Source: Mobula hypostoma
Lineage: Eukaryota
DNA: 64,000 bases
Assembly: GCF_963921235.1 (NCBI RefSeq)
Contig: NC_086109.1
Location: forward strand, 14,758,001 to 14,822,000
Direction: 5' to 3'
A program made the position numbers and the translations under genes. This document shows, one piece after another, positions 12,441 to 25,306 of this stretch. Under the pieces are notes generated by a model. It searched no databases and was not told the DNA's origin. It saw only the letters and a program-made list of their open reading frames with translations. Each line of letters begins with the position of its first letter. Within the stretch, counting starts at the first letter, position 1.

Positions 12441-13769
12441 GGAGCAGTCCGAGTCTATAACAGCCATGGAGGTAAGGTCTGGAATCCAGAAGGCAGGAAT
12501 TGTGAGGCAGCAGCTCAACTAGCTGTAGCACACTCTGGGTTTCTAGCTGAAACGAGGTTAGACAGGCAAGTATGCCAGCTGTATAGCTGTCAACGCCATC
12601 TAACAGATCTGCTGACACGTTGAAAAGTTGTGCCTTAAAGCTCTGCAACCCCGACCCAGAAATTGGGGCCATCTTTTAAATTCTCTCAGCGCTGTTCAAT
12701 AAAGTTATTAAACTGAATAACCATTGTGAATTTAATCAACTAGCGTTTCAGAAATGGTTGAACCAGAGTGACCCTGTTCAATCAATCCAACTTGTTCTTC
12801 AAAGAACACAATACACTTTACCAATCCACCTTCAATCTTGACACAAAATAACCTCCAACATCTCCTTCCTAACTCCTTGCAATTTTAACAAAAATATTGC
12901 ATTCTGCCAGAGGGTTTATTTGCCTTCTGATTGCTGGACTGTACTGAATGATCAGCAATGAAGCAAGTGGAATATAATTAAAGTTATCAAGAACTATATT
13001 GTCAGCAATACTTTCGAAAGAATGAAGTAGCTACATATTGAAAATGATTTCCAGTTTTCCGTCAAGATGGGATGGCATAGTAGTCTAAAGTAGATAGACT
13101 GGTATACAACGTACTTGCCTTTCTTGGTTGGCCTTTGAACGTAAAGGTCAGGATCTCTTCCAAAATCATGGAATGGATATAAAATAATTTTAAGCAAGTT
13201 GCAGACAAGACAGACAAAATTGGTGGACAGCAATAACTTTTATTCAACATGGTAATTAGCAGCTGAATAAAACTTTGATCAAGTCATAATTGGAGTATTG
13301 TGTGCAGCTCTAGTGGCCACATTATAAGAAAGCTTCCATTCACACAGATACAGGTAACTTGGTTATAACAGTGCATTGAGGTAGTACAAGGGAAAACAAT
13401 AACAGAACGTAGAATAAAGTGTTGGGGTTACGGAGAAAGTGCAGAGCACATAGATAAGGTGCAAGGCCACAATGAGATAGATTGTGAGGTCAAGAGTTGA
13501 TCTGATACTCAGAGTTTTTCAGTGGGATTTGTGAATTTCAATAGTGAATTGACACAACCCGAACAACGCTAACACAGGCATTGCCCACATATCCTTGCTT
13601 GGGTAGGGAAACCCAGCCAGTGCACCACCTTCCAGTGAGGCCCTGGATAATCGCAGCAATGCATCCCTTCCATTGTACTCGAATGCTCTTGCAATGAAGG
13701 TCCACACCGATTGCTTGAGGCGTCTTCAATGTTCAATGAGTTGTGTACAGCACGGACACACAACGCGGC

Positions 13770-14190
13770 AGACTGGAACATTGGAGCCGTGAGCAGTTGG
13801 TCTCCCCTCTCACGGTGCAGGAGCGACATCTCTCTCTCCCTCGTTAGTGAGAGTAAGAGAGCCTGAATGAGATGTCGAGGTGTTGGGATGGTCAGCAGTT
13901 TCTGACAGATCTATTTGGGGGCTTTGCTATCGCTTGCATGGTGAATGGTGGGGGATGGGGGGATGTAGATGATTTTGCTGGAGCAAGTGAGGGAGAAGGG
14001 AGAGGGGTTGATACTTTTGCTCAGCCTGTGTGTGGGAGGGGGAGTGGGGCTTTAGGTATCTAATGCTTTCTGTCATTCATTCTTTAGGTTTTTTTTCTGT
14101 TTCGTGGATGTCTGCGAAGAGTAAGAATTTCAGGTTGTGTACTGTATTAAATTGAACCTGATATTAAATTGAACGATCGAACTATTGAAC
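13770..14190 (+). mobile_element. Unclassified non-LTR 3' fragment related to 20420-20757
   Basis: Shared gagagcctg...tcattcttt...tttcgtggatg...gaag...tttcagg motif; ends in short ATTGAAC repeats. Confidence 0.5.
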
Positions 14191-14649
14191 AAAAGTAACA
14201 AGGTCACTGAGCACCAACACCATTCAATGGAAGATAACCCAATGAAAAATGCCCTCACACCCCCCCCCCCCGACAATATGCAACCTTTTCAGTTTTGCTG
14301 TGTATTTTCTGGATGGCTCCATGTTTTGACATAAAGGCCAATTCTACAGGAAGAAACATTGAAGATTGTGTCCTCGCCGGCTACTGTAATAACTTTGCTA
14401 CCCCAACACATCTGGTATTTTAAGTCCTTGAGTTTTGACGTCAGGCTGGAGCCAGTCGAGAGTACAGCCTGTCTCTGCATATCGTGTTCAGGCAAGCCCG
14501 CTCCCTTCTTCCCAGAATGAGACAGTCCCAGCCTCCGTTCTCTATCCTTTTAACAGCGCCTCTCAAATATTTTGGCAGCTTCTCAAACATACGAAAGCAA
14601 ACAGGGGCAACAGAGATTGGAGAGGACTTTTAGAGACAGGAATTACCAG

Positions 14650-15380
14650 CATTTGCAGATCCATAGGCTGATTAGATAGAGCCAGCATGACTCCAGTGAG
14701 GGGCAGGTTGAAATTAATTCTTTGAGGGAGTGATAAAACAGATTGATGAAGGTAGAGCGGTGGATGTGGTGTATATAGATTTTAGTAAGGCATTTGACAA
14801 GGTAACCCATGGTAGGCTCATTCAGAAAGTCAGGAGGCATGGGATCCTAGCTATGTGGACTCAGAATTGGCTTGGCCATAGTAGGGCAGAAGGATGGAAG
14901 TTCATGGAGATTATTCTGCCTGGAAGTCAGTGACTGGTGGTGTTCAACAGGCATCCATTCTGGGAACCCTGCTCTTCATGATTTTTATAATTGACTTGCT
15001 TGAAGAAGCAGAAGGTGAGTTAATAAAGGTGACACAAAGATTGGTGGCATTGTGAATAGAGTAGACCAGAGGTTCCCAACCTTTTTTATGCCATGGAGTC
15101 TTACCATTAACCGAGGGATCTGTGGAACCCCAGATGTAGACAGTTGCCAGAGGTTACAACGGGTCAGTATAGGATACAGAGCTGGGCCGAGAGGTGGCAG
15201 ACGGAATTCAATCAGGAAAAGTGTGACAGAATACACCTTGGAAGGTCGAGCTTGAAGGCAGAATGCAAGATTAAAGGCAGTGTGGAGGAATAGAAAGATC
15301 TTGGGAGCCATGCCTCAAAGTCAACACTCAAGCTGAAAGGGAGGTTAAGAAGGCATACAGTGTGTTGGCCTTCATTACTT
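14650..15380 (+). mobile_element. Decayed CR1 LINE RT fragment with an inserted MITE
   Basis: DEGRAVDVVYIDFSKAFDKV motif. Confidence 0.75.
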
Positions 15381-15829
15381 GGCATTTTTCACAAGTCCAG
15401 AGAGTTTGACACTTTTTACACAACAGGGCACCCAAGCTGAGGAATCCCATCTCCTTACCTCAGTGACCAATCTAAATTTCCCTCTAACAAACAAAAACCT
15501 CCTTACCAAAGAAGACAAGTACCCCTAGTGTGGTCTCAAATCCTCTGTAGCAAAGCTCTTATCCCCTAAAACCCTTGCAATAAAAGGGCCAGACCAACTG
15601 CCTTCCTAATTTCTCTGCTCTACCTGCACATTAACCACCCATTCTTGTTTCACACCTGTCAAAAAAAACACACGGAGAAGTGACTGAACGAAAAACGCAT
15701 CCACATCTACATAACCCACGACTTTACTTCCCAGTCATTTGTTGCCCAGTGGGCACTCTGGAATTTTACCCAAGCTGATTGCCAGCTCCTCGTCTGGGAT
15801 TACGTCCGTGCCCACATGGCACAGTAGAC

Positions 15830-16640
15830 CTGCGGCTACGGCAACACCTTGCAGACCAGCGATCGCCACCCAGGGGGTTCAATTCCTGCCACTGTCCGTA
15901 AGGATTCTGTACGTTTCCCCCTGAGCACATGGTTTTCCTCCAGGTGGTGCAGTACCCACCGCCCGCCACATTCCAAAGACATACGGTTAGGGTTGGTGAG
16001 TTGTGAGCTTGTTACGTTGGCACTAGAAGCATGGCTACACTGGCGGCCAGCTCCAGCACAATCCTCAGACTGTGTTGGTTTTCACAGAACAACACAATTC
16101 TCTGGATAATAAACACAAGGAAGTCTGCAGATACTGGAAATCCAGAGCGACACACACACACACAAAACGCTGGAGGAACTCAGCAGGTCAAGCAGCATCT
16201 ATGGGAATGAACGAACTGTCGGCGGTTCGGGCTGAGACCCCTCTTCAGGACTGGAAGGGAAGGGGGAAGACACCAGAATAAAAAGGCTGGGGGGGGGGGT
16301 GCAGGATATCTAGAAGGTGATGGGTGGGAAAGGTGAAGGGCTGGAGAAGAAGGGAGTGGGGAGTGAAGTACAGGAGAGAGCGAAGGCGGAGGGAACCTGG
16401 GGGAAGTGATAGGCAGGAGAGAAGAGATAAAAGGCCAGGGAAGGAATAGAAGAAGAGGGGAGTGGGAAGGAATAGAAGAAGAGGGGAGTGGGACGGAATT
16501 TTTTTTTAAATTGGAAGGAGAAATCGATATTCATGCCATCAGGTTGGAGGCTACCCAGACAGAATACAAGTTGTTTCATACAGTGAAACAACACATTTCA
16601 CTGTATGCTTTGATGTCCATGCAACAAATAAAGCTGATCT
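15830..16640. mobile_element. V-SINE (+) interrupted by a Penelope-like 3' fragment (minus, about 16110-16570)
   Basis: SINE head and core at 15830-16100, SINE-like tail resuming at 16570-16640. Inserted segment encodes FCLGSLQPDGMNIDF and has a decayed hammerhead at about 16216-16253. Confidence 0.6.
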
Positions 16641-16734
16641 AATCTAAAGTTTTGCTGGAGAAAGTGCATGCGGTGTCCACAGGTGCAATGTGGGGGGGGG
16701 GGGTTCCTGGGACCAGTGGGCACCACAGAGGAAT

Positions 16735-17775
16735 TTACCATCTCTGACTCCATCAAACTGAGCACTGGATCCCCACAAGGCTGTGTGCTTAGCCCACTGC
16801 TGTTTACACTGTTAACACATGACTGTGCAGCCAGATTCAAGGAGAGCCTGATCATTAAGTTTGCAGATGATACCACAGTGCTGAGGCTCATCAGCAAAAA
16901 TGATGAAACTATGTACTGGGAGGAGGTCAAACACCTAGAGAGCTGGTGCAGTGATAACAACTTGATGTTTAATGTCACCAAAACCAAGGAGATGATCGTC
17001 GATTTCAAACGGTCTCAGCCTGAGCACACACCCCTCAGCATCAGTGGCTCCACAGTGGAGAGAGTGGAAAACATCAAGTTCCTTGGGATGCAGATCTCAG
17101 ACAATCTCACCTGGTCCAGGAACACCACTGGGATTGTGAAACAGGCCCAGCAGAGATTGCACTTTCTGAGGAAGCTTAAACAAGCATCACTCCCCACTAA
17201 CATCTTAACTACATTCTACAGAGGCGTAGTTGAGAGTGTGCTGACCTTTTGCATCACAACCTGGTACTCCAGCTGCAGCGCTGTCGACAAAAAAGCCTTG
17301 CAGAGGGTGGTTAGGGGAGCAGAGAAGTTTATTGGGGTCTCCCTACCTTCTGTCTAAGACCTCTTTCAGAGTCGATGCCTCCAGAAGACCCGGTACATCA
17401 TTAAAGACCCCTCACACCCTCTCCATAAACTGTTTGTTCTTCTGCCATCAGGCAAACGTTACAGGAGCATCAAAACTAAAACCACAAGGCTACTAAACAG
17501 CTTCCTCCCACAGGCAGTCAGACTGATAAATAGCTGCTCTACCTGACTCTGCTTTGGACACTTTTAACTTGCACTGGACACTTATAACTTGATTGTAACT
17601 GACATGTGGCTGTTGTGTTTTACTATTTATTGTTATGTTTATTATTTAGTGTTGCGTTTGTTATGTTATGATTGCACTGCTCCTGAAAAACGTTGTCTCA
17701 TTCTGCCCTGCAGAGCTGATGTATGGTTAGAATGACAATAAAGTTTTTTTTTTGAATCTTTTGAATCTTTGAATC
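16735..17775 (+). mobile_element. 5'-truncated Rex1/Babar-type LINE
   Basis: TGSPQGCVLSPLLF, KFADDTT and NVTKTKEMIVDF motifs. One in-frame TAA at 17355-17357, after which the frame stays open to 17546. AATAAA plus (TTGAATC)-type tail. Confidence 0.85.
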
Positions 17776-17944
17776 ATGTTCTGGACATCAATGACCATGT
17801 TACAACCTGAAACTGTAAAAAGTGTCATGAAGGGGTGTAGTACGTTAATGTGATTCTGTAATCACTGAATCACCACCTTTGGAAAAGGACAAATAAAAGT
17901 GATCTGCTCTGAGTCTCTTACAGCAGCGTTTTGGAGACTGTTCT

Positions 17945-18224
17945 CTCAAATGGTAAGGATGTGGATGATTTAGGGAGGGTGCAGAGGGAATTTACCAGGA
18001 TGCTGCCTGAATTAGAGAGCGTGTCTTATGAGGAAGGTTTGAACGAGCTAGGGCTTTTCTCTTTGAAGCGAAGGAGGATGAGAGGTGACTTGATAGAGGA
18101 GTACAAGATGATAATAGATAGAGTGAACAACCACAGACTTATTCCCAGGGCAGAAATACAAGGGGGCAAGATTTTTAAATGATTGGAGGAAAGTATAGGG
18201 GGAGATGTCAGAGGCAATTTTTTT

Positions 18225-18290
<66 letters not shown>

Positions 18291-18480
18291 GGTGGGTGCG
18301 TGGAACGCCCTGCCAGGGATAGTGGTAGAGACAGATACATTAGAGACATTTAAGAAACTTAGATGGGTACATAGATGAAAGAAAGACATTAGATTATGTG
18401 GGAGGGAAGGGTTAGATTGATCTGAGAAAGGTCAGCACAACATCATGGGCCAAAGTGCTGCACTGCTCAATGTTCTATAT
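17945..18480 (+). mobile_element. CR1 3' fragment containing a (CA)n microsatellite
   Basis: RVQREFTRMLP...GLFSLKRRRMRGDLIE and a CR1-type 3'UTR. Confidence 0.75.
18232..18286. repeat. (CA)n microsatellite
   Basis: About 27 CA units. Confidence 0.95.
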
Positions 18481-19674
18481 TGTAAACCCAGGGTTCCCAT
18501 ATCAGTCCTGGAGAGCTGCCAACTTCAGTGTACTTACCTGAACAGTTCCTTATCTTATCACAATTTGATCCAATTCCTCGGAATTTAAAAAATCTGTCTG
18601 AAGATATATCATAAGAATCAGATGCAAGAGCAGATTGTACAGCTCCTGATATTTCACATTTCTCATGACATTCGAGGCCATTCCTGCCGTCGAGTCGTTA
18701 CAGCTCTCAATCCTACTGATCATATTCTTTCACTTTTTCCCCGCCCTCTCCCACACGTCCGTCAACGCCACCCACTCGCCCACACTAGGAGTTATTTACA
18801 ATATCAACCCGCTCATCATCGGGACGTGGGGAGTGATTGGAGTTTCCAGGAGAAACCCACCCACCGGGAGAACACAGCTGCGCCAAAGATCGGAATCGAA
18901 CTCAGGCCAGCAGAGCCGTGAGGCAGCAACACCGACCACTGCCAACACGATGCTGCCTGCAACAGCACACTGGTGACCACGGGCCCTGCTCTGCCGTTCA
19001 CTATTAAATTTAAACACACTTCCGTCGAAATGCTCTTCGACAAAGTTCCCCAGCTGCCGAACACGAGAAGTGACCATCCATCATTGACAGTGCCCTGCTG
19101 CAGGACTTGATTAGAGGCAGTTCGACCAGCACATTCCATCAGTATAACACAGAGATCTGACCAGACGTAGACAGAGAAGGTAAATGGGGGAGCCTAACGA
19201 GCTTGGAGTCTGTTGACATCCAAAGAATTTTCTGTTTGTTGCACCCCCACCCCTAACCAAACAAAAATCAAGTCATCGAGATGTAATGAGGAACATTTAT
19301 AATTTAAATCTGCCGTGTAAAACATACATAGTGTTTACAGTTTCTCATACATCTTTTATCCTCCCCAATGTCCCGAAGAAATATCACTCAGTCATGTTCA
19401 AGATCTTACTTATTGTGATAACTTCTACTTTGAAAAAGGGCACACTACAATTTCATGCCCAAAGAAAGCACTTTATCTCAGACATCAAAACCGATAGGTA
19501 TATACAGAGGCTTTCACAACCTGTACAGCATGGCGGGAACACTCTATACAAAGCACACCGGAAGTAAAAAAAAACATTATCCTAATTAGTATTAACTTAC
19601 TTTTAATAATGCTCACTTTACAACACTTGCTGCTACTCCAACAAAGGTCATTAGGCCAAGCATGTACATACCAG

Positions 19675-19965
19675 TGACGCATAGTAGCATAATAGTTAGC
19701 ACAACACTTTACAGGACAGGCAACCAGGATTCAATCCCCCCCCCCCACTGTCTATAAGGTGTTTGTACGTTCTCACCGTGACCACATGGGTTTCCTCCAC
19801 GTGCTCCGGTTTCCCACTCCACAGTCCAAGGGCGTACTGGTGGGTAGGTTAACTGGTCATTGTAAATTGTCCCGTGATTAGGCTAGAAATATATCAGAGG
19901 TTGCTGGGTAGAGTGGCTCGAAGGGCCAGAAGGGCCTGCTCTGCGCTGTATCTCAATAAATAATT
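19675..19965 (+). mobile_element. V-SINE
   Basis: B-box-like ggattcaatcc, core gggtttcctccacgtgctccggtttccc and an AATAAA tail. Confidence 0.75.
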
Positions 19966-20064
19966 TTTCTTTTAACCACCAATTTATCAGCATTTGATTC
20001 AAAGCACGAAAATAAAATATGCCTCAAACTCACCAGCATTGGCTCCAATAAGCAACGGTTAATT

Positions 20065-20378
20065 GAATGTTTTCACAGGGAGGGAGAGGTAGAGAATGGT
20101 TAAAAAACGTTTTTAGTCAGGGGAGGAGAAGTATTGATTGGTTCATCATGTTTTCAGTCGGAGAGGGAGAGGTAGGGATTGGTTGATCATGTTTACAGTC
20201 AGGGAGGGGAAGTAGTGATTGGTTGATTATGTTTTCGGTCAGGGAGGGGGAAGTAGTGATTGGTTGATCATGTTTTCAGTCAGGGAGGGAGAAGTAGTGA
20301 TTGGTTGATCATGTTTTCAGTCAGGGAGGGAGAGGTAGTGATTGGTTGATCATGTTTTCAGTCAGGGAAGGGGGAACT
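20065..20378 (+). repeat. 41-bp tandem array (about 7.5 units), left arm of an inverted structure
   Basis: Unit approximately ATGTTTTCAGTCAGGGAGGGAGAAGTAGTGATTGGTTGATC. Confidence 0.9.
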
Positions 20379-20419
20379 AGTTAAATGAAGGAAAAATGCT
20401 AAATGCATCAAAATATTAT

Positions 20420-20757
20420 TGGGGGAGAGAGAGAGAGCCTGTGGTATGTCAAATACCGGGTGAACAATGTAGTCTTTGGAGTACTGCAAGTCTGTGTCTT
20501 TGCTGTTGCCTTGCTCAGGCTCGAGTGCTTGGTGGCAGGAGCCGATACTTATTTTTGCCAGTGGGGGGAGGGGGGATTGTTGCTCGCTGCCGCATACGCA
20601 CAGGAGGGAGGGGAGCTGGGGGGACTTTGGGGTTCTAACATTTAACTGTTATTCATTCTTTGGGAGCACTGCTCTGTTTTCGTGGATGGTTGTGAAGAAA
20701 AAGCATTTCAGGATGTATATTGTATACATTTCTCTGACATTGAATGTACCTTTGAAA
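20420..20757 (+). mobile_element. Non-LTR 3' fragment inserted into the left inverted arm
   Basis: Related to 13770-14190; flanked by AAATATT...GG-like duplications. Confidence 0.55.
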
Positions 20758-21174
20758 TATTGGAAACGCTGGCCATGGTATGGTGAAGAATTTAACTGCA
20801 GGACAGAAGTGATGAACAGGCCGCTCTCTTCTGGTGCATTAGTTCACAGTTGGTTTGCTTTGGACAAATTCAGGACATCTTGCTTAAGGGTCACCTTTGG
20901 GAAACGCAGTAAAGTATATAGCCCAAGATATTGTGTGAACGGAATGGGCCTTACATGAGTAAAGGCCACCCACTCCTGTGTTTTTGACAGACGGGGTGGG
21001 GTGTGAAGCCAGCTTGGTAGACAGATGGGAACACGAGGCAGGAGCATTTGGTTGGGTATGGGTCACAAGTTGGGGTATAGTGGATATTGTGAATGTGCAT
21101 TGCCAGGACTTGCAATGAGAGAGGTCAGTGCACAAACCATGGCCTGGAACATTATTTATTTTCTCCTGCCACTT

Positions 21175-21470
21175 AACGATTAGCTTTATTGGTCACAAGT
21201 ACATCAAAACATACTGAGAAATTCATCATTCGCATCAAAGACCAAAACAGCCCATAGGTGTCCTTTGGGGTCAGCCTGCAAGGGTTGCCACACCAACGCA
21301 GCATGTCTACAACTTACTAACCTGAATCCATACATCTTTTTAATGTGGAAGGAAATCAGAGCACCCGGAGGAAACCCACATGGTCACAGGGAAAACATAT
21401 AAACTCCTTGCAGACAGTGGTGGAATTGAACCTGGGTCTCTGGCACTATAAAGCATTACGCTACCATCCG
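21175..21470 (-). mobile_element. V-SINE
   Basis: Reverse core gagcacccggaggaaacccacatggtcacaggg and reverse B-box ggaattgaacc. Confidence 0.75.
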
Positions 21471-21604
21471 TCCCACTTCAAAATGCACTGAAAGAGAGCA
21501 AGCTGTTCTCACTTCTGTGATGCTGTTATATTCTTCACCACATCATGGCCAGCATTTCTGACACCTTTGAGAATATTTAATTTTTTTTCCTTCTGTTATC
21601 TAGT

Positions 21605-21975
21605 TTCACCTCCCTGACTGAAAACATGATCTACCAATCCCTATCTCTCCCTCTCAGACTGAAATCATGATCCACCAATCCCTACCTCTCCCTCTCAGAC
21701 TGAAATCATGATCCACCAATCCCTACCTTTCCCTCTCAGACTGAAAATATGATCCAATTCCTACCCCTCCCTCCCTGACTGAAAACATGATCCACCAATC
21801 CCTATCTCTCCCTCTCAGACTGAAATCATGATCCACCAATCCCTACCTCTCCCTCTCAGACTGAAATCATGATCCACCAATCACAACCTCTCCCTCTCAG
21901 ACTGAAAACATGATCCACCAATCCCTACCTCTCCCTCTCAGACTGAAATCATGATCCACCAATCACAACCTCTTC
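21605..21975 (-). repeat. 41-bp tandem array (9 units), right arm, inverted relative to 20065-20378
   Basis: Plus-strand unit approximately GACTGAAAACATGATCCACCAATCCCTACCTCTCCCTCTCA; GACTGAAA at 21616, 21657, 21698, 21739, 21777, 21818, 21859, 21900 and 21941. Confidence 0.92.
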
Positions 21976-21999
21976 CACAACAAACCAATATTTCATACA

Positions 22000-22670
22000 A
22001 CACACACAAAATGCTCGAGGAACTCAGCAGGCCAGGCAGCATCTATGGAAAAGAGTAAACAGTTGACGTTTTGGGCCGAGACCCTTCATCAGGACTGGAG
22101 AAAAAAGATGAGAAGTCAGATTAAGAAGGTGGGGGGAGGGGAGGAAGAAATATAAGGTGGCAGGTGATGGGTGAAACTGGGAGGGGGAGGGTTGAAATAA
22201 AGACCTAGGAAGTTGATTGGTGAAAGAGATAAAGGGCTGGAAAGGGGAATCTGATCAGAGAGGACAGAAAACCATGGAAGAATGCAAAGGTGGAGGAACC
22301 CCAGAGGGAGGTGATGGGCAGGTAAGGAGATAAGGTGAGAGGGAACTGGGAATGGGAAACGGTGAAGTCCTCTGCTCTCAGATTCCTCCCCCGCCACCTC
22401 TTTATCTCCTTCACCAATCGACTTCCCAGCTCTTTACTTCACTCCTCTCCCTCTCCCGGTTTCACCCATCACCTGCTATCTTGTATTTCTTCCTCCTCTC
22501 CCCCCACTTTCTTACTCTGACTTCCCATCTTTTTTCCCCAGTCCCGTGAAGGGCCTTGGCCCAAAACATCAACAGTTTACTCTTTTCCATAGATGCTGCC
22601 TGACCTGCTGAGCTCCTCCAGCGTTTTGTGAGTGTTCCTTGGATTTCCAGCATCTGCAGATTTTCTCTTG
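22000..22670. mobile_element. Non-coding palindromic Penelope-like insertion
   Basis: Two outward-facing 3' ends with a junction near 22362. Perfect 13-bp TSD AATATTTCATACA (21987-21999 and 22671-22683). Mutated hammerheads at 22060-22097 and about 22539-22576. Confidence 0.85.
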
Positions 22671-23649
22671 AATATTTCATACAGGCAGTTCCAGCAGTTC
22701 CAAGCCCTCCCCCACACTATAGAAGTGTCTTGTGCACCACAGATGCACCAGCATACCGTGTGTGGTGGTTTAACCGTGTGAAGTACAGCAGTCTAAACAT
22801 CTTGGAAAGCAGAGGGAGGTTGGCACATCTGGAAGGTCACAGGGATGGGGCGAGGTAAAGCACTTCAATGCCAAGTGTTAGACACAATGCATTCTCTCTC
22901 CTTCCGGAATGGTGTAATACAACCCAGTCACGTACATGGATAATAATTCCTTTCTTCCGCCAATGCACAAAATTTCAGATAAGCAGAGAGCATTCCCAGC
23001 AATCCCCTCTGTCCTGCATTCCCAAAAATGCCACCACCTGGGATCCCAAATCACTGAGGATCAAACTCAGAATCAGGATTAACATCATCGGTTACATAGT
23101 AGTAGGCAGCCGTCGATCACGGGGGATCATGTGTTTGCGCCTCTGGTGGACTGTGTCCTCTCCAGGGTGCAAGCCTGGGTGGGAAGATTTGAAGAACTGG
23201 CTGTTGCCCATGCAGTGGGTTCCCCCTCTCCACGTCACTGATGTAGTTCAAGGGAAGGGCAAGCGCCAATACAGCTTGGCACCAGTGTCGTCTCAGAGGT
23301 CGCCAGAGTGAAGTGGTAAACAACATCAAACTGCCTTAGGGACCCGAGCTCCAGATTTCTTCCCCAGGGTTTACTCATAAAGCCATTCCCAAGGCAGCGG
23401 AGGTTTAAAAATCAGAGTTTTCCTTCTCCATAGTGCAAAAAGAGAGCAAAAATAAAGAAAAAATAGTAAGGTTCACTGTCTATTCCGATGGTGATGGGGA
23501 AGAAGCTGTTGTTAAAATGTTAAGCCTTAATATATCAGGAAGTCTCCCAAACAGACGCATGAAAACCCACACGCCACCCATTCTCCCAATCTTCACACCA
23601 ATGACCAAGATTTTCTGCCCATCCCACATCCAACTATTTTGCGTAGCCA

Positions 23650-23812
23650 TGTTAATGAGAGAGATCAGACTAGTCAGACTAATTCAAGCTGACAGGAAGG
23701 TGACAGAAACTCAAATAACCACATGCTACAACAGAGGTGTGCAGGAGAGCATTTGTGAATGCACAGCTCATCAAACTTTGAAGTGGATGGGCTAAAGTGC
23801 CCACTGAGTATA
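23650..23812 (+). mobile_element. Tc1 fragment, same family as 32219-32763
   Basis: RLIQADRKVTETQITTCYNRGVQESI followed by a TIR-like aaagtgcccactgagta. Confidence 0.65.
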
Positions 23813-24739
23813 ATTGTTTTCAACACATATAGGAAAAATGAAAGTGAAATAAAATAACAAATTCCTAAAAAAAACTTAGGCATTCTATTTAGCAGGACGG
23901 GTTGAAGAATTTGTCGAGGTTCTCTCATTTGCACGACAGAAAGTGTTTAACATGTTTCTTAAAGTTTTTAATCTGAATTATACAAATTTCTGTCCCCGGT
24001 TCATGTATTTTATTGTTGCATTCTATAAATAGTTTGAAAGTTGCACAATCTCTCCATGTGGCAAATCTCAGGAAGTTAATGAGCCAGAGCCAGACATTAC
24101 AACACAAGGATTAGTGCACAGGCGGAGATAAATCGATATGCAATCCGCTGTTCAAAAGAAACATAACCCATTAAAGCTACTGATTTTGGCGTTCTAAGCA
24201 AATCGAACGCGCTCCCATTGTGTTAGCAGCAACCCCTGCAAAACCATCTAAACTGGAAACATTCTTGATAACATCATGTGCAGCTTGGCTCCGTCTAGTC
24301 TCCACAACCTGTGGTTAAAGCGTCATGGGATATACAATCACAAAATAAGCATGAGGGAGAACCAGACTAAAGCACATGGACGACATTCAGCCCCTCAAAC
24401 CTGTTCCACCATCACGATCGTTCCCGGCTGATTGGCAATGGACATATTCTGGTTCCATACACTTACAATGGTGTCCACTGCTTCAGTGAATTTTAAGGAT
24501 GGGGAAAAAGAGCTGTCGACCCCAAACTTTGAGGAAGGATGATTCCCGTCTTGGGGATTGTCTTCCTCTGATCAGAATACTCCACCACAGAAAGGATGCG
24601 ACCACAGCAACAATCGTCGTATGAAACAAGAAGATCAACTCCCTCCCCACCCCAGCTTGTGTGCTCAAGGAGGAACACAAGCCTGTCCTTATTCCCCTTC
24701 GTCCCTAACTAAAGATCCCAGGGTCAATTTAAGTTAAAT

Positions 24740-25035
24740 AGGGACACATGGAATTTGATGTTGGCGATGTTCACCAAACTTGGCAATTAGCTTACAGGCT
24801 TTTCATCACCAGGTGAGGTAACATCCTCAGTACGAGTTGTTGGTGCTTCTCTCTAGGAGTGCTGGCGTTTATATAGGCCCTCCTGTTCGCTTGCCTTGGT
24901 CCTGATTGGCTATCCCTTCAGCTAACCTTTGAATTCTATTGGCTCGGATTTCTTTGGCTCTTAAGGGGTTCACAGATGGCGTCAATTTCGATATATTCTG
25001 TTAACTCCTAAACAATCGTATCGAAATAGATGCCA
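24740..25035 (-). mobile_element. Probable pseudo-LTR remnant of a second Penelope-like family (Poseidon-like) with promoter motifs
   Basis: Minus strand in order: IEIDAIxEPL-like endonuclease end, CCAAT (24942-24938, 24909-24905), TATATAAA (24875-24868), then hammerhead-like CTGAGGA-tgttacc-tcacct-ggtgat-GAAA (24830-24801). Confidence 0.45.
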
Positions 25036-25306
25036 AGCTACCAATATTCACCACCAACCTAAACAAATGGAATTGAATGTTTGTAGGGTTACTGAACTCC
25101 AAGACAAAGCCTGGTCTGTCTCAAACATTGGTATGGACAATCACAAATAGGCACAACCACAGTTCAAAGGCATTCTACTCATTGCAAGTATCTAACAATC
25201 TGACACAACTCAAAACATTGAAATTGCTGTTTGTTTTTAAATAATTAGGTGCATTTTCCTCTGTAAGGAGATGTATTTCCATCTGCAATGAGAGTTCTGT
25301 CAAATA

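Noticed and set aside
20065..21975. CRISPR array
   Set aside because: Units are contiguous with no unique spacers, there are no cas genes, and the context is eukaryotic.
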